A DNA stretch of 64,000 nt, taken from the NCBI GenBank assembly GCA_951406725.2, contig OX597833.1:57412001-57476000 (forward strand), read 5' to 3'. This document shows, piece by piece, positions 52,875-64,000 of this stretch (positions within the stretch are counted from its first letter, which is position 1; each line of letters starts with the position of its first letter). This stretch comes from Octopus vulgaris. Lineage: Eukaryota. Below the pieces are notes generated by a model. The model had not been told where the DNA came from. It saw only the letters and a list, made by a program, of their open reading frames with translations, and did not search any database. A program made the position numbers and the translations under genes.

Positions 52875-53260
52875 GTATGTATATATGTATATATATATAT
52901 ATGTATGTATATATGTATATATATATGTATGTATATATGTATATATATATATATCTATGTATGTATATATATATATACATATATATATGTATATATATAT
53001 ATATATATATATACATATATATACACACATATATATATACACACATATATATATATATACACATATACATATATATACATATATATATACACACATATAT
53101 ATATATACACATATATATATACACACATATATATATATATACACACATATATATATATATATACACACATATATATATATATACACACATATATATATAC
53201 GCACATATATATATATATATACGCACATATATATACACACACACACACATATATATATAT
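52706..53260. repeat. Compound TG/TA/CA microsatellite
   Basis: Direct inspection. Confidence 0.95.
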
Positions 53261-53624
53261 TTTCATGTTTCTGCTGGGTTTTTTTTAATATCAATTTTAT
53301 TATTATTATTGTTGTTATTATTATGACATTTATTTAACAAAAAAACACGTTTCCTTCCTGCTCAACAGCAACAGATATGGCAATTTCTGAGTGCATCACA
53401 TTTCTTTAGAAAATTCCATTAGACAGCGCAGATATCAGAAGAATGAGTTTTAAAGTTTACGTCTTCCTAGGACTGCATGGATGCACCACCGACCCACGTC
53501 AGTTACAGAGGGAAGAGAAAGCGCGCAATAGATGCAGTGTGTGTGTGAGAGAGAGTGTGTGTGTGTGTGTGTTTACTAGAATAAGAGTGAAAATGGAGAG
53601 AGCGAAAGATCATTAGATAGTGTA

Positions 53625-54230
53625 AAAAGGAGAGAGAGGAGGAGAGTAGAGAGAGGGAGAGAGAGGAGGGAGATATAGGGGAGGGAGATATAGGGGAGGG
53701 AGAGAGAGAGGAGGGAGGGAGAGAGAGGGGAGGGAGAGAGAGAGGGGAGGGAGAGAGAGAGGAGGGAGGGAGAGAGAGATGAGGGAGAGAAAGGGGAGGG
53801 AGAGGGATGGAAACGGGAGGAAATAGGAGGGAGGGAGGGGAGCACGAGATACAGTATGAAGAAGAGAGAGAGAGGAGAGAGAAAGAAAGAGCATAAGAGA
53901 TAGCACGAAAGGGAGAGAGGGGGATGAATGAGTACGTTACAGATACAATGTGTAAAGGAGAGGGGAGGGTAAAGCATAATAGTGTGGAAATGAGAGAGAG
54001 CGAGAGGGGGGGGGAGGAAGAGCATAACAGTGCGGAAACGCGAGAGGGAGGGGGAGAAAAGAGCATAATAGATAACATGAAAAGGAAAGATGGGAGAATG
54101 AGTAAGTTACAGATACGATGTGTAAGAGAGAGGGGGGAAAGAGAGGAAATAGTGTGGAAAGAAGAGAGAGCAGAGATAGCGGAGGGAGGAGGGAGAAAGG
54201 AAGAAGAGCACAACGAGGGAGGGGGGAACA
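53625..54230. repeat. Polypurine tract with a degenerate ~170-bp duplication
   Basis: GAATGAGTA.GTTACAGATAC.ATGTGTAA occurs at ~53926 and ~54096. Confidence 0.8.
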
Positions 54231-54428
54231 GAGTAGATACAATATATGTTACAATATATGTAACAATAAAACAAAGGCTTAGAGATCTTATTTCTTACAG
54301 ATGTCTCCTCTATTAAACCACTAACGATTTATTCATTATATATTTTACTTTCTACTTAATTAAATATTCTTATTTATTTACTTTTCAGTTCTATTTAATG
54401 AGTATTTCAACTCCTCCGTCCATGTGTG

Positions 54429-54469
<41 letters not shown>

Positions 54470-54553
54470 GAAATATGTTACAAAAAGAAAATAGAAAATA
54501 CACGTGGAAATGTAAGGGAAAAATAAGAAAAATCAACGAAAATGCACATTGTA

Positions 54554-54599
<46 letters not shown>

Positions 54600-54672
54600 T
54601 ATATATATATAAAAGGGCGGTGCCCCAGCATGGCCTCAGCCGGATGGCTGAAACAAGTAAAAGAGTAAAAGA

Positions 54673-54715
<43 letters not shown>

Positions 54716-54773
54716 CTTCCACGTATGTGTATACGACAACGTGGTAACGTAATTTGTACATATGTGTATAAAA

Positions 54774-55242
54774 ATGACACGTCTGTGTGTAAACGTATTT
54801 GAATTTACAAACAAGAGGGAAAAAATGTACTCAAACACAGAGTTTCCTTTCTCTTGAAAAAATCGGCTGCCTTCAAACCGGGAGAGAACTGGGCTCCGCC
54901 ATGTTTGAAATTTTTGACGACACGACCTATGTCAAGGCGATGCCTCTGCGACGCCTTCGAGAGTGAAGAGACCAAGGAAAGGACCCGAAACACACACACA
55001 GACGAATGAATACGTACGTATTCTCCTTTCCTTGGTTTCTTCACTCTCGAAGGCGTCGCAGAGGCAATCGCCTTGACATAGGTCGTGTCGTGGACATTTC
55101 AAACATGGCGGAGCCCAGTTCTCTCCCGGTTTGAAGGCAGCCGATTTTTTCAAGAGAAAGGAAACTCGTGTGTTTGAGTATTTAAAAAAATTTTTTTAAT
55201 CTCTTGTTTGTAAATTCAAATACGTACACACAGACGTGTCAT
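54774..55242. repeat. Long fold-back: ~210-bp inverted arms, 40-nt spacer
   Basis: 54774-54983 is the near-exact reverse complement of 55024-55242, apart from small indels and one diverged patch. Confidence 0.95.
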
Positions 55243-55460
55243 CGATCGCTCTGCAAAGTCAAGTAGAAAAAAAACAGGAAACATAATCCAGAATCCTTAT
55301 ACTGTATCGGATCGATCCCGAAATCTAATCAGTTCGTGCCAATCACGAGGCCAAACATCCCTGGATGGATTCGCCAGCGGTTCTTGAGATATCTTGCCCA
55401 CGGACAAACAAACAAACACGACTGAAAACAATACCTCTGCCTTGGCTAAGGCGGAGGTAA
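55243..55460 (-). mobile_element. Helentron/DINE-1-like element, 5' part
   Basis: Hairpin TACCTCTGCCTT-GGCT-AAGGCGGAGGTA; homologous to 28127-28360. Confidence 0.55.
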
Positions 55461-55664
55461 CAACAACAACGAAACGACAGAACAAAATTGGAACGCTTTT
55501 GAATATTCCTAATCAATCAAAACTGAACAGCTGAACAACATAATTTATTGATATTATATAACTCTACAGCTGAACGAACTAAGCAAGCATACGAACTGTC
55601 AATCGTTTATTTTTAAGAGAGAGAGAGAGATAGAGAGAGAACTATAAATATATAGTTCTCTCTC

Positions 55665-56035
55665 TTTTATCTTTTACTTTGTTTTAGTCATTAAGACTGC
55701 GGCCATGCTGGGGCACCGCCTTGAAGAATTTTTAGTTGAACGAATCAACCCCAGTATTTCATATCTTTCGCTAAGCCTGGTACTTACTCTATCCTCACTC
55801 ATGCCGAACCGCTAAGTTACGGGGAAGTAAACACACCAACATCGGATGTCAAGCGGTGGTTTGGAAAACAATCACACGCACACACACATTAATGTATATA
55901 TACGACGGATTTCTTTCAATTTCCGTCTACCAAATCCGCTCACAAGGCTTTGGTCGGCCCGTGGCTATAGAAGACACTTGTCCACGCTACCCAGAACCTT
56001 ATGGTTAGGAAGCAAACTTCTTACTACACAGCTAC
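55665..56035 (-). mobile_element. SINE-A, diverged copy
   Basis: Reverse-complement consensus motifs. Confidence 0.75.
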
Positions 56036-56949
56036 AATTGTGTGTATATATATATATATGCTCTTAGCATAAATAGATCAGTTTGAAATGACAGAAACAC
56101 TGATGCAACGATAAAAAAAAGAATTTCAGACATCCAATAAACGCCAAGAAAAGAGATGAGAGAGAGAGAAAGTCGATGGTCTTTCGCAAACTTTTGGGAG
56201 CCATTTTGGTTAAATTTAAATAAAAATTCAGTGGATTATATAGAGTTTATCAATGTTGACATCTAGACAAAACTACAAGTCAAAACAAAACACACACATA
56301 CACACATATGAACAACAGTTTTATTCTATTTCTATTTTAAATCATTTGGGTGTGTTAAAAGTACCATTGTACGTTTTATTTCTATTTGGAAAGTGAAACC
56401 TAAAAATTCAGCTTAATTTCTATGTACATTTTATTTATTGACTTGACAAGAGTGATTGCCGTCTGACTAATTTAATAGGAAGCCGGATATTCTTTTGAAA
56501 AGTATTTCTTTTCCTAAAAAAAGAAACTGTAATGCGACCAACTCACGCTTCAGCAACTAATTAGAAAATGGGGAATTTTAATATTTCTAATGAATTTATC
56601 TTTTAACATTCTTTTGGTGCTTGAAGCGTGTAAAAGTTCTCGAGAATTCTTTTTTTTAGGACGTTTGTGATTCTAGTTCTTACTTATTCGCCGCCCAACC
56701 CCGACCTTACGCTCAGGCGCAGTCAATTCTTTGCAACGACTCGCTTCCATATCTAGTCCTGGTGCGCGGCACCTTGGGCAAGTGTCTTCTACAATATCCC
56801 CGCTATGGTAGACGAAAACTGAAAGAAGTCCGTCGTGTTTGTGTGTGTGTGTGTCTCCTCTCTCGCTTTTACTGGTTTCAGTCATTTGACTGCGGCCATG
56901 ATGGAGCACCGTCTTTAGTTGAGCAAATTCGATCCCAGGACTTATTCTC

Positions 56950-57765
56950 GGGAAACTCTGGTCGTCGACGAAGATCAACTCACCGGTCTGTTCTGAAGGT
57001 CTTTCGCGGCCGGAGCCTATGAATAACTTCCAGAAATCCCTCACCTGGCAGCGTTACCGAGGGGCGCTGCCTGTTCGGGATAAACTTTACAGGTACGGAA
57101 GTGCTGACAGCCGGGCCTGCCCGTTGCGCGCGTAGAGCGACGAAACCGTTCTGCACACCCTCGTGCAGTGCCTGAGCATTGCTGGCACGTGGTTTTATGT
57201 CGAATACTTGCTGTCACATGTGGGACCGATCCGGCTATCAGCTAAATCCATACTGAAGATTGCCCCGTCGCCCTCATTTGGCCGGGAGGGGCAAGCAACT
57301 TTTATTTGTCTGGTGGCTGTAGCGAAAGAGGTAGTCTGGTGGACTCATTTGACACTTTCCTCTTAGGCCAAGACCTCATCAACTTCTTCAAGTTTCACTT
57401 GAAGAGGAAAGTGAGGGTGGAGAGGGAAGTGTTGCCTCCAGAGCAAGTTTAGTGAAAGGTGGGTGAATGTTGGTTGGAAGAACGGTCAGCGTGAAAGGAC
57501 CAATTCTGAATATACACCTGTGAGAAATAAAAGAAGGCCTCTTGCCCTGTTGGGCAGGTACCTATGGCTTTTCTGGGTTTTTCCACGAGTAACCTTTAAA
57601 GAGCCTCCCCCTATTTCGGAGTTTTATATTGTTTAATATTTTCTGTTATTTACTGTGTACACGAATGTGAAAACCCGTCGTATCGTCCGTTTATTTTTGT
57701 CTTTAAATGTTATAGTATGTCCTTTTATGTTTGTATATATTAGCCCTTGTGGCCAATAAAATATT
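56950..57765 (+). pseudogene. 3' fragment of an L1/Tx1-clade LINE (zf-RVT zinc-knuckle region plus 3' UTR)
   Basis: From 57019: MNNFQKSLTWQRYRGALPVRDKLYRYGSADSRACPLRA*SDETVLHTLVQC..AKEVVWWT. This matches the W..ALP..CP.C..ET..H..C pattern, with an in-frame stop and one lost Cys. Confidence 0.8.
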
Positions 57766-58253
57766 ATTATCATCATACCCAGATAAATCAAGTGATCTGA
57801 GATAATTTATATACTCAGGGAAAATGTCAGTCTGACCTTAGAGCAAAACTCTGGACATGTTTCATTCGATCAGTTTTGAAGAGGGTACGATATCAAGAGA
57901 AGTATACAATCAGCCAATTTGAACAACACCCGTTGATAAAAAGAACACAGATGAAGGACTTAATGGGCAGAAATTGAAAGAGGCCCGTGTGTGTGTGTGT
58001 ATGTGTGTGTGTGTTAGACTGCCACTGCTTGACAAACTAGTCTTACGTTTCGGTAAAAAGAGCAAACAGAATCGGTATCAGACCTTGATTGGCCGGGACG
58101 ATCTAACAGGAATACTCGCAGCCAGCGCAGATGCCTTACAATAGTGCGACATCCGCACTGAGAGTGCTTCACGAAGTACCGTAGACATACAGAGGCCGGC
58201 ACCTCTTGTCACAGAGCAATTAATGTGCATGCATGTCCTACTTCCTCGCCCGT

Positions 58254-58518
58254 CTACCGTCACAGCGGGACGATTATGTCTTCGATGTTGTTCCATAGTT
58301 AAAAGCTTTTAACACGGGAAGTCGTCTTGGCATGAGGAGCATTATCTTATACATAATTTCGATTAGTCAATGCCCTGTTTGTATTAGTTTATTATCTACC
58401 GCCACCGTGATACGATTATATCCTCGGCGTTGTTCTGTAGTTAAAAGCATTAAAACAGGAACTCGTTATAGATAATTTCTATTAGCCACTGGTATATCTA
58501 TTTGTATTAGTTTATCAT
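58254..58518. repeat. Diverged tandem duplication of ~130-140 bp
   Basis: CTACCG..ACGATTAT..GTTGTTC..TAGTTAAAAGC..ATAATTTC..TTTGTATTAGTTT occurs twice. Confidence 0.7.
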
Positions 58519-58691
58519 CATTTTGATTGATACCAATAGAAAATATCAAGTGTGTGTGTGTGTGTGTGTGTATATAATAATAATAATAATAATAATAATA
58601 TATATTTCTTTATTGCCCACAGGGGGTTAAACATAGAGGGGACAAACAAAGACAGACAAACGGATTAAGTCGATTACATCGACCCCAGTGC

Positions 58692-58739
<48 letters not shown>

Positions 58740-58837
58740 GTTTCAAATTTTGCCGCAAGGGCAGCCATTTTGGGGGAGAAGATAAGTCAATTATATCGAC
58801 CTTAGTGTTTCTCTGGTACTTAGTTTATTAACTTGCA

Positions 58838-59288
58838 TCCGTGCTAGTGGAGCGCTAAGAGCACCATCCGAGCGTGATCGTTGCCAGAGCGGTTAACTGG
58901 CTTCCGTGCTGGTGGCACGTAAAAAGCACCATTGGAGCGTGATCGTTACCAGCGTCGCCTTGGTGGCACGAGAAAAAATAAAACATTCGAGTGAGGTCGT
59001 TGCCAGTGCCGCTGGACTGGATCCTGTGCAGGTGGCACGTAAAAAAACACCATTTGAGCGTGGCCGTTGCCAGTACCGCCTGACTGGCCCTCGTACCGGT
59101 GGCACGTAAAAGCACCCACTACAGTCTCGGAGTGGTTGGCGTTGGGAAGGGCAACCAGCTGTAGAAACTCTGCCAGATCAAGATTGGAATCTGGTGCAGC
59201 CATCTGGTTCGCCAGTCCTCGGTCAAATCGTCCAACCCATCCTAGCATGGAAAGCGGACGTTTAAACGTCGATGATGATGATGATGAT
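58838..59288 (+). mobile_element. SINE-D with ~65-bp internal tandem units and (GAT)n tail
   Basis: GGTGGCACG at 58911, 58962, 59031 and 59098, then GGAAGGGCAACCAGCTGTAGAAAC and the tail shared with 11100-11205. Confidence 0.75.
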
Positions 59289-60697
59289 AGACGCCCTTGT
59301 GACCGAAGTCTGTCGTGATCTTACTGAATCTCAATAAAAGCAGAAATCCTTACAAGTTTGAAGTAGTGAATTAAATGCAACAGAAATTGCTTGATAATGG
59401 AGTATATTTTCCTTAATTTCGATAGTAAAAAAAAAAAAAAAACATTTTTAATATCATTTTTATTCATTTATTATTAGCTTATTAGCTGAGGTTGGTTGCT
59501 CGGTTGGTTTTTCTAGTAATGTAATGGACTTATGAAAAATTGGGGTTACAGCTGGATACCCTTATTTTAACGTCATGCATTGAAACGTGAAGAGCAAATA
59601 GTTTGTTTCTATTTTTGACATTTTATCCTCTCCGTCGTTGAATCACACGTTAATATGGCGCTTTTAAATCTACAATTACTTTCTATATCTATTTTTGTAA
59701 GCACTGTCAATCCTACATCTTGAACGATCACTGCTCTAATAAACTGACTGCCGATGGTGGTTGTTTCTTAGCTACCAGGTTAGTCCTGAGCGAGTAAACC
59801 TCCTATGATCAAAAGCATTCCAACCATTACATCAATGGCTCTTGGTCTTGCTGGATTCGTGGCGCACTTGGACATCAGATTATCTCTCGTCTTTTAATTG
59901 CTTTAGTCATTAGAGAGCGGTCATGCTGGAGCACCGCGCTGAAGAATATTTTTGTCGAATGAATCGACCGCCAAGACCTATTTTTTTGTTTAAGCCTAAT
60001 ACTTATTCTATCGGTGTCTTTTGCTGAACCGCTAAGCTACGTGAACATAAATACACCAACACTAGTCGTCAAACTGTGACGTGGGATAAATACACACACA
60101 ATATTATATATATATATATATATATACGACGAGCTCCTTTCAGCTTTCGTCTCTTTCTCTTTCATTTGTGTGTGTGTGTATGGTCTTGAAGATCGAATTC
60201 GGAACCGAGTCATAGTGGGTGTTGGGCGGTTTCGAATTTGGGTGCGGGCGAAATTTCATCCTCGGGTAAGCGATTCCCTTGCTCAATAGTGCAAGTTTGT
60301 TATTTATTTGAGGGAGATCGTCTCTACACCTTCTTTTAGCACGTCGAAGGACTACGTAAAAGAAGATTTTCAAACTTCTCAAGTTTCCCGACAGTTTGTT
60401 TATAAATAGTTGCCGGCAATTTATAATATACATTTATCTTCTTAACTCCATGATTCCGGCCAGATTTGAATTTAAGATGCTAAAGGGAAGAAAAAGAACT
60501 AGTCAGCATGGAAAACCATTTACAGTCTGGCATTTACAGTTCTTTCCGCCAACTTGCAACTTTTAACAATTTATTAATTAACACACGTAGAAGGGCGAGG
60601 TAAGATCACGTACTAACTTAAACGAGAGTGGGACGGGGTCACATACTAACTTACAAGAAAAATAATCTATTACTCGTTAGTTAAGATAAACTGTTGC

Positions 60698-60753
<56 letters not shown>

Positions 60754-61384
60754 TGCCCACATACATTATATACACCCACCCACACATATACATAGATACA
60801 TACATACGCACATACATATATACATACATGCATGCATGTGCGCGGAAATAGAAATTTAAGAAGTCTTCTCTTAACTCGTTCGAAAAGCAGTTCAGATTAT
60901 GCTTAATGCAACCACATCCCGTATTAATTAGTTTAAAAGATAATCTTGACGCTGGTATAAAACAGAACTCAGCGTGCATGCATACATAATCTAATTAATT
61001 GAGTAGGAACAATTAATAGTATTAATTATTACAACAGCCACTAGATTTCTCCATTGATGTAATTTCGGTAAAATAATTCTATGAAATTTATGAATGAATT
61101 TATTTGCTTTTATTTGAACTAGCTTCTACATAAAAGAAGAAAAGCAGTAGAGCTTATAGCCCCTTGATTTCAAGGGAGATGAGAGGGAATGGACTAAATT
61201 TTAAGGACTGATAGAGTTAACTAACTACAGAGGGTGCCTCTATATCAGTGGTTCTTAACCGGGGTCCAAATGGTCTTCTGAGGGTCCGTATAAGGCTTTG
61301 CTGTTAAAATTCATGTACAATAAATTGCTTATTTTTTCTACAATGCACAAAATATAGTAGTATCTTTAAAAATATATATGCATA

Positions 61385-61590
61385 GGCGTAGGAGTGGCTG
61401 AGTGGTAAGTAGCTTGCTTACCAATCACATGGTTCCGGGTTCAGTCCCACTGCGTGGCACCTTGGGCAAGTCTTCTACTATAGCCTCGGGCCAACCAAAG
61501 CCTTGTGAGCAGATTTGATAGAGGGAAACTGAAAGAAGCCTGCTATATATACACACACACTTGTATGTGAATCTTTGTCCCTCACCACCG
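61385..61590 (+). mobile_element. SINE-A 5' half
   Basis: Consensus head. Confidence 0.8.
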
Positions 61591-61595
61591 TACCA

Positions 61596-61980
61596 TTTTC
61601 TCTAGCGGTGTCATATGAAATTGTCACCCATAATTATGACCCTAGTATCGATCTATTGCATTTCAATCTATTTTAGATTTAGGGTTAGTTAGGTATCTTT
61701 TTTTTCTTCACAAATGTAAATAAACCCAATCTGTTTCTTAAACGAGGAACATATTCATGCGACATAGAATGTTGTTTACCTAAATGGACGCCAGTGATTC
61801 GTTAAAATTGCTGAAATGCAAGAAATTAAAGACGAAATATCTTACAAACTATAGAATTTTCTCAATAAAGCCAAGAGAAAAGGATGTTTTATAAACACAT
61901 TCTACCAGTATACGAAGTTTAAAATTTTTTTAGTTACCTAGAAATTATATTAAAAACTGTCGTTCAAACCGAAAAGATCC
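61596..61980. mobile_element. Third copy of the GGATCTTTTC-TIR MITE, left end missing
   Basis: Colinear with 19720-20096; ends GTTCAAACCGAAAAGATCC. Confidence 0.8.
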
Positions 61981-62038
61981 GAAAAGGGCTATGGGGTTGT
62001 GACTCAAATAGATCTATGGCATGCATTTGTATAATATA

Positions 62039-62126
62039 CAGTTGTCCCTTATCCCTCGTTTTATACGATTTCGACTTACACGGCGACTAGCCGTTACCTA
62101 GCCACCGTGTAACTGGGGAATAACTG
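62039..62126. mobile_element. Short Tc1/mariner-type MITE
   Basis: TA|CAGTTGTCCC..GGGAATAACTG|TA. Confidence 0.45.
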
Positions 62127-62367
62127 TATTCGGTTTTTAAACAGAGCGAGACTAATGTTTGTATTTATACACAAACGGCAGTTTCTCTTCTTAAGGTTTG
62201 TAATTAAAGATTTCTCCGTCGCTGGGTCTGTTGTTCGTTTGTCACATACTGGTGATTATAATGATTAATATCGTTTTACACAACAACCAGCTGGGAGAAG
62301 TAGGGAAGCGTTTATACGCTGTGAAAACAGCAGCCAAATCCCTCTTAAATCGTATCCTACAGTTTTT

Positions 62368-62699
62368 GAAGAAGAAGAAGGAGGAGGAGGAGGAGGAGGA
62401 AGAAGAGGAAGTAGAAGAAATAGAAGAAGAAGAAGTAGAAGAAGACGAAGAAGACGAAGAAGAAGAAGACGAAGAAGAAGAAGACGAAGAAGAAGAAGAC
62501 GAAGAAGAAGACGAAGAAGAAGAAGACGAAGAAGAAGACGAAGACGAAGAAGAAGAAGAAGACGAAGACGAAGAAGAAGAAGAAGACGAAGACGAAGAAG
62601 AAGACGAAGACGAAGAAGACGAAGAAGACGAAGAAGAAGAAGACGAAGAAGACGAAGACGAAGAAGACGAAGACGAAGAAGAAGAAGAAGAGATAGAAG
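62368..62699. repeat. (GAA)n/(GAC) trinucleotide repeat
   Basis: Direct inspection. Confidence 0.95.
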
Positions 62700-62911
62700 T
62701 AATGGATACATTGGCCAATGCAGTCCTAGATGTTCAAAAATAGGAAGGTCATGGTTGAAACACTCTTGCCCAAGATTTCTGTTTCATAAGTGCCGATCTG
62801 CGGGGTTAGGCAAAATGAAAAAAAAAAAAAAAAAAAAAAGAACCCTAGCATTATCCATGTAAGCAAGACTGGATAGTCACGGTTGGAACCTCTGTTTGCT
62901 AAGTATGTAAA

Positions 62912-63295
62912 TCTCTCTCTATATAAAGCTGAAGTTATCTGTGTATGGCAGATAGCCTTCAACTAACATTATCTCCTCCGAGACCCTGCGGCGTAACTTG
63001 ACCAAAATTGATAGTATGATAGAAGAAGGCTTGCTCTTCCTTCTGTAGAAGAAAAAATTCAAATCGGACCATGTAAACACCAAAAATTATTTACATCAAA
63101 AAGGTGCTTTTTTTTTTTTTTCTATGAAAATCCCTATTTATTACGATTTTTTGACTGCTGTGTCGCCATTTTTCGGTGTAGTTCAACAAGAAAAATGTTC
63201 ACTTAAAGAGAATAACAAGCTACATAATGAAAAGCTTTTACTTTTCAAAAATTCCAATTCTAAAGGGTCGAAACAAACCCGAGCGATACTGCTAG
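62912..63295 (+). mobile_element. Non-autonomous Helitron-like element
   Basis: Starts A|TCTCTCTCTATATAAAG..TCTGTGT, like the 342-672 element, and ends CTAG. No clear 3' hairpin. Confidence 0.45.
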
Positions 63296-64000
63296 CACAT
63301 GATAAAAATAGACTGTAAAAAAAAGATTAATGGTACTGCATGTGATGAGGGACGCATACAGCCAACCTCATTGTTAAATAATCATCTCATTCACATTCGT
63401 TTTATGTATTGTCCCCTCTGTGGTGTCCTGTCTGTCCTCGTTCGTCCCCCTCTATTTTGGGCCCTTGTGGCTAATAAAGAAAAGAAAACGAAAAACAAAA
63501 CATATACCTAAACTTAAAAAATGAAGCAACGGTCCAAAGGAGCGAATAAGATAAATTTAAAGAGAAGAAGAAAAAAACTAGGATCTTCCATATCGTAAGT
63601 CATGGGGTAACAATTCGTTAAAAAAAACAAAAAGATTAAGAAAACAAGAATAAACTACCCCCTTTCACCTCTCAAAGGTCTGGTGACCTTACAATAAATC
63701 GTAGCAAGTTAAACCAAGAGGAACAAGCTTGGTTAACCTCTGCAATATCATCTATCTTCTTCTCCTCCTCTTCAATGGTGGCGATGATGGCGTTGAAGGT
63801 AATCTCGTCTGTACATAGACTTGCCGCTTCTTCCCAGTTCACTTTTTGATCTACAGCGTGTCGTTTTCATGATGACAAGTCAGTATATCATGCCATTTAT
63901 TCAATTAGCTTGGCACTGTGGCTTTCTTAATCTGACACACGTTCAATGTATATATGCCGGTGTTAGTGAATACATACAAAATCTATTTATCTACAGAAAC

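Noticed and set aside
58838-59115. CRISPR-like repeat/spacer periodicity
   Set aside because: The apparent spacers are homologous to each other, there are no cas genes, and the context is a eukaryotic SINE.
62231-62743. 170-aa acidic (E/D) ORF
   Set aside because: It is a GAA/GAC repeat expansion inside a degenerate repeat, with no domain or splice support.

Overview
AT-rich, repeat-dense eukaryotic DNA with no recognisable intact host gene. The microsatellite load and SINE families look like an octopus genome, probably a large intron or intergenic region; this is inferred from remembered repeat families, not a search. Almost all ORFs in the track come from microsatellites or SINE copies. 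Content: about 25-30 full or partial copies of a tRNA-headed SINE (here SINE-A); further SINE families (B, C, D, E); 3' fragments of three LINE clades (RTE-like, CR1-like, L1/Tx1-like); hAT, piggyBac and Tc1/mariner-type MITEs; Helitron- and Helentron-like elements; and a tRNA-Asn pseudogene. Highlights: (i) minimal hammerhead-ribozyme folds, one with a canonical core at 28546 and a three-copy family with U at core position 6; (ii) a SINE-head/RTE-tail chimera inside one 22-bp target-site duplication (TSD); (iii) a 5 x 184-bp SINE-B multimer whose self-complementary junction recurs at a second locus; (iv) a tRNA-Asn joined to a CR1 tail; (v) SINE tails matching LINE 3' ends in the same window; (vi) many long fold-backs and templated insertions at (TA)n tracts. 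Coordinates were read by eye and may be off by a few bases. SINE letters are working labels.
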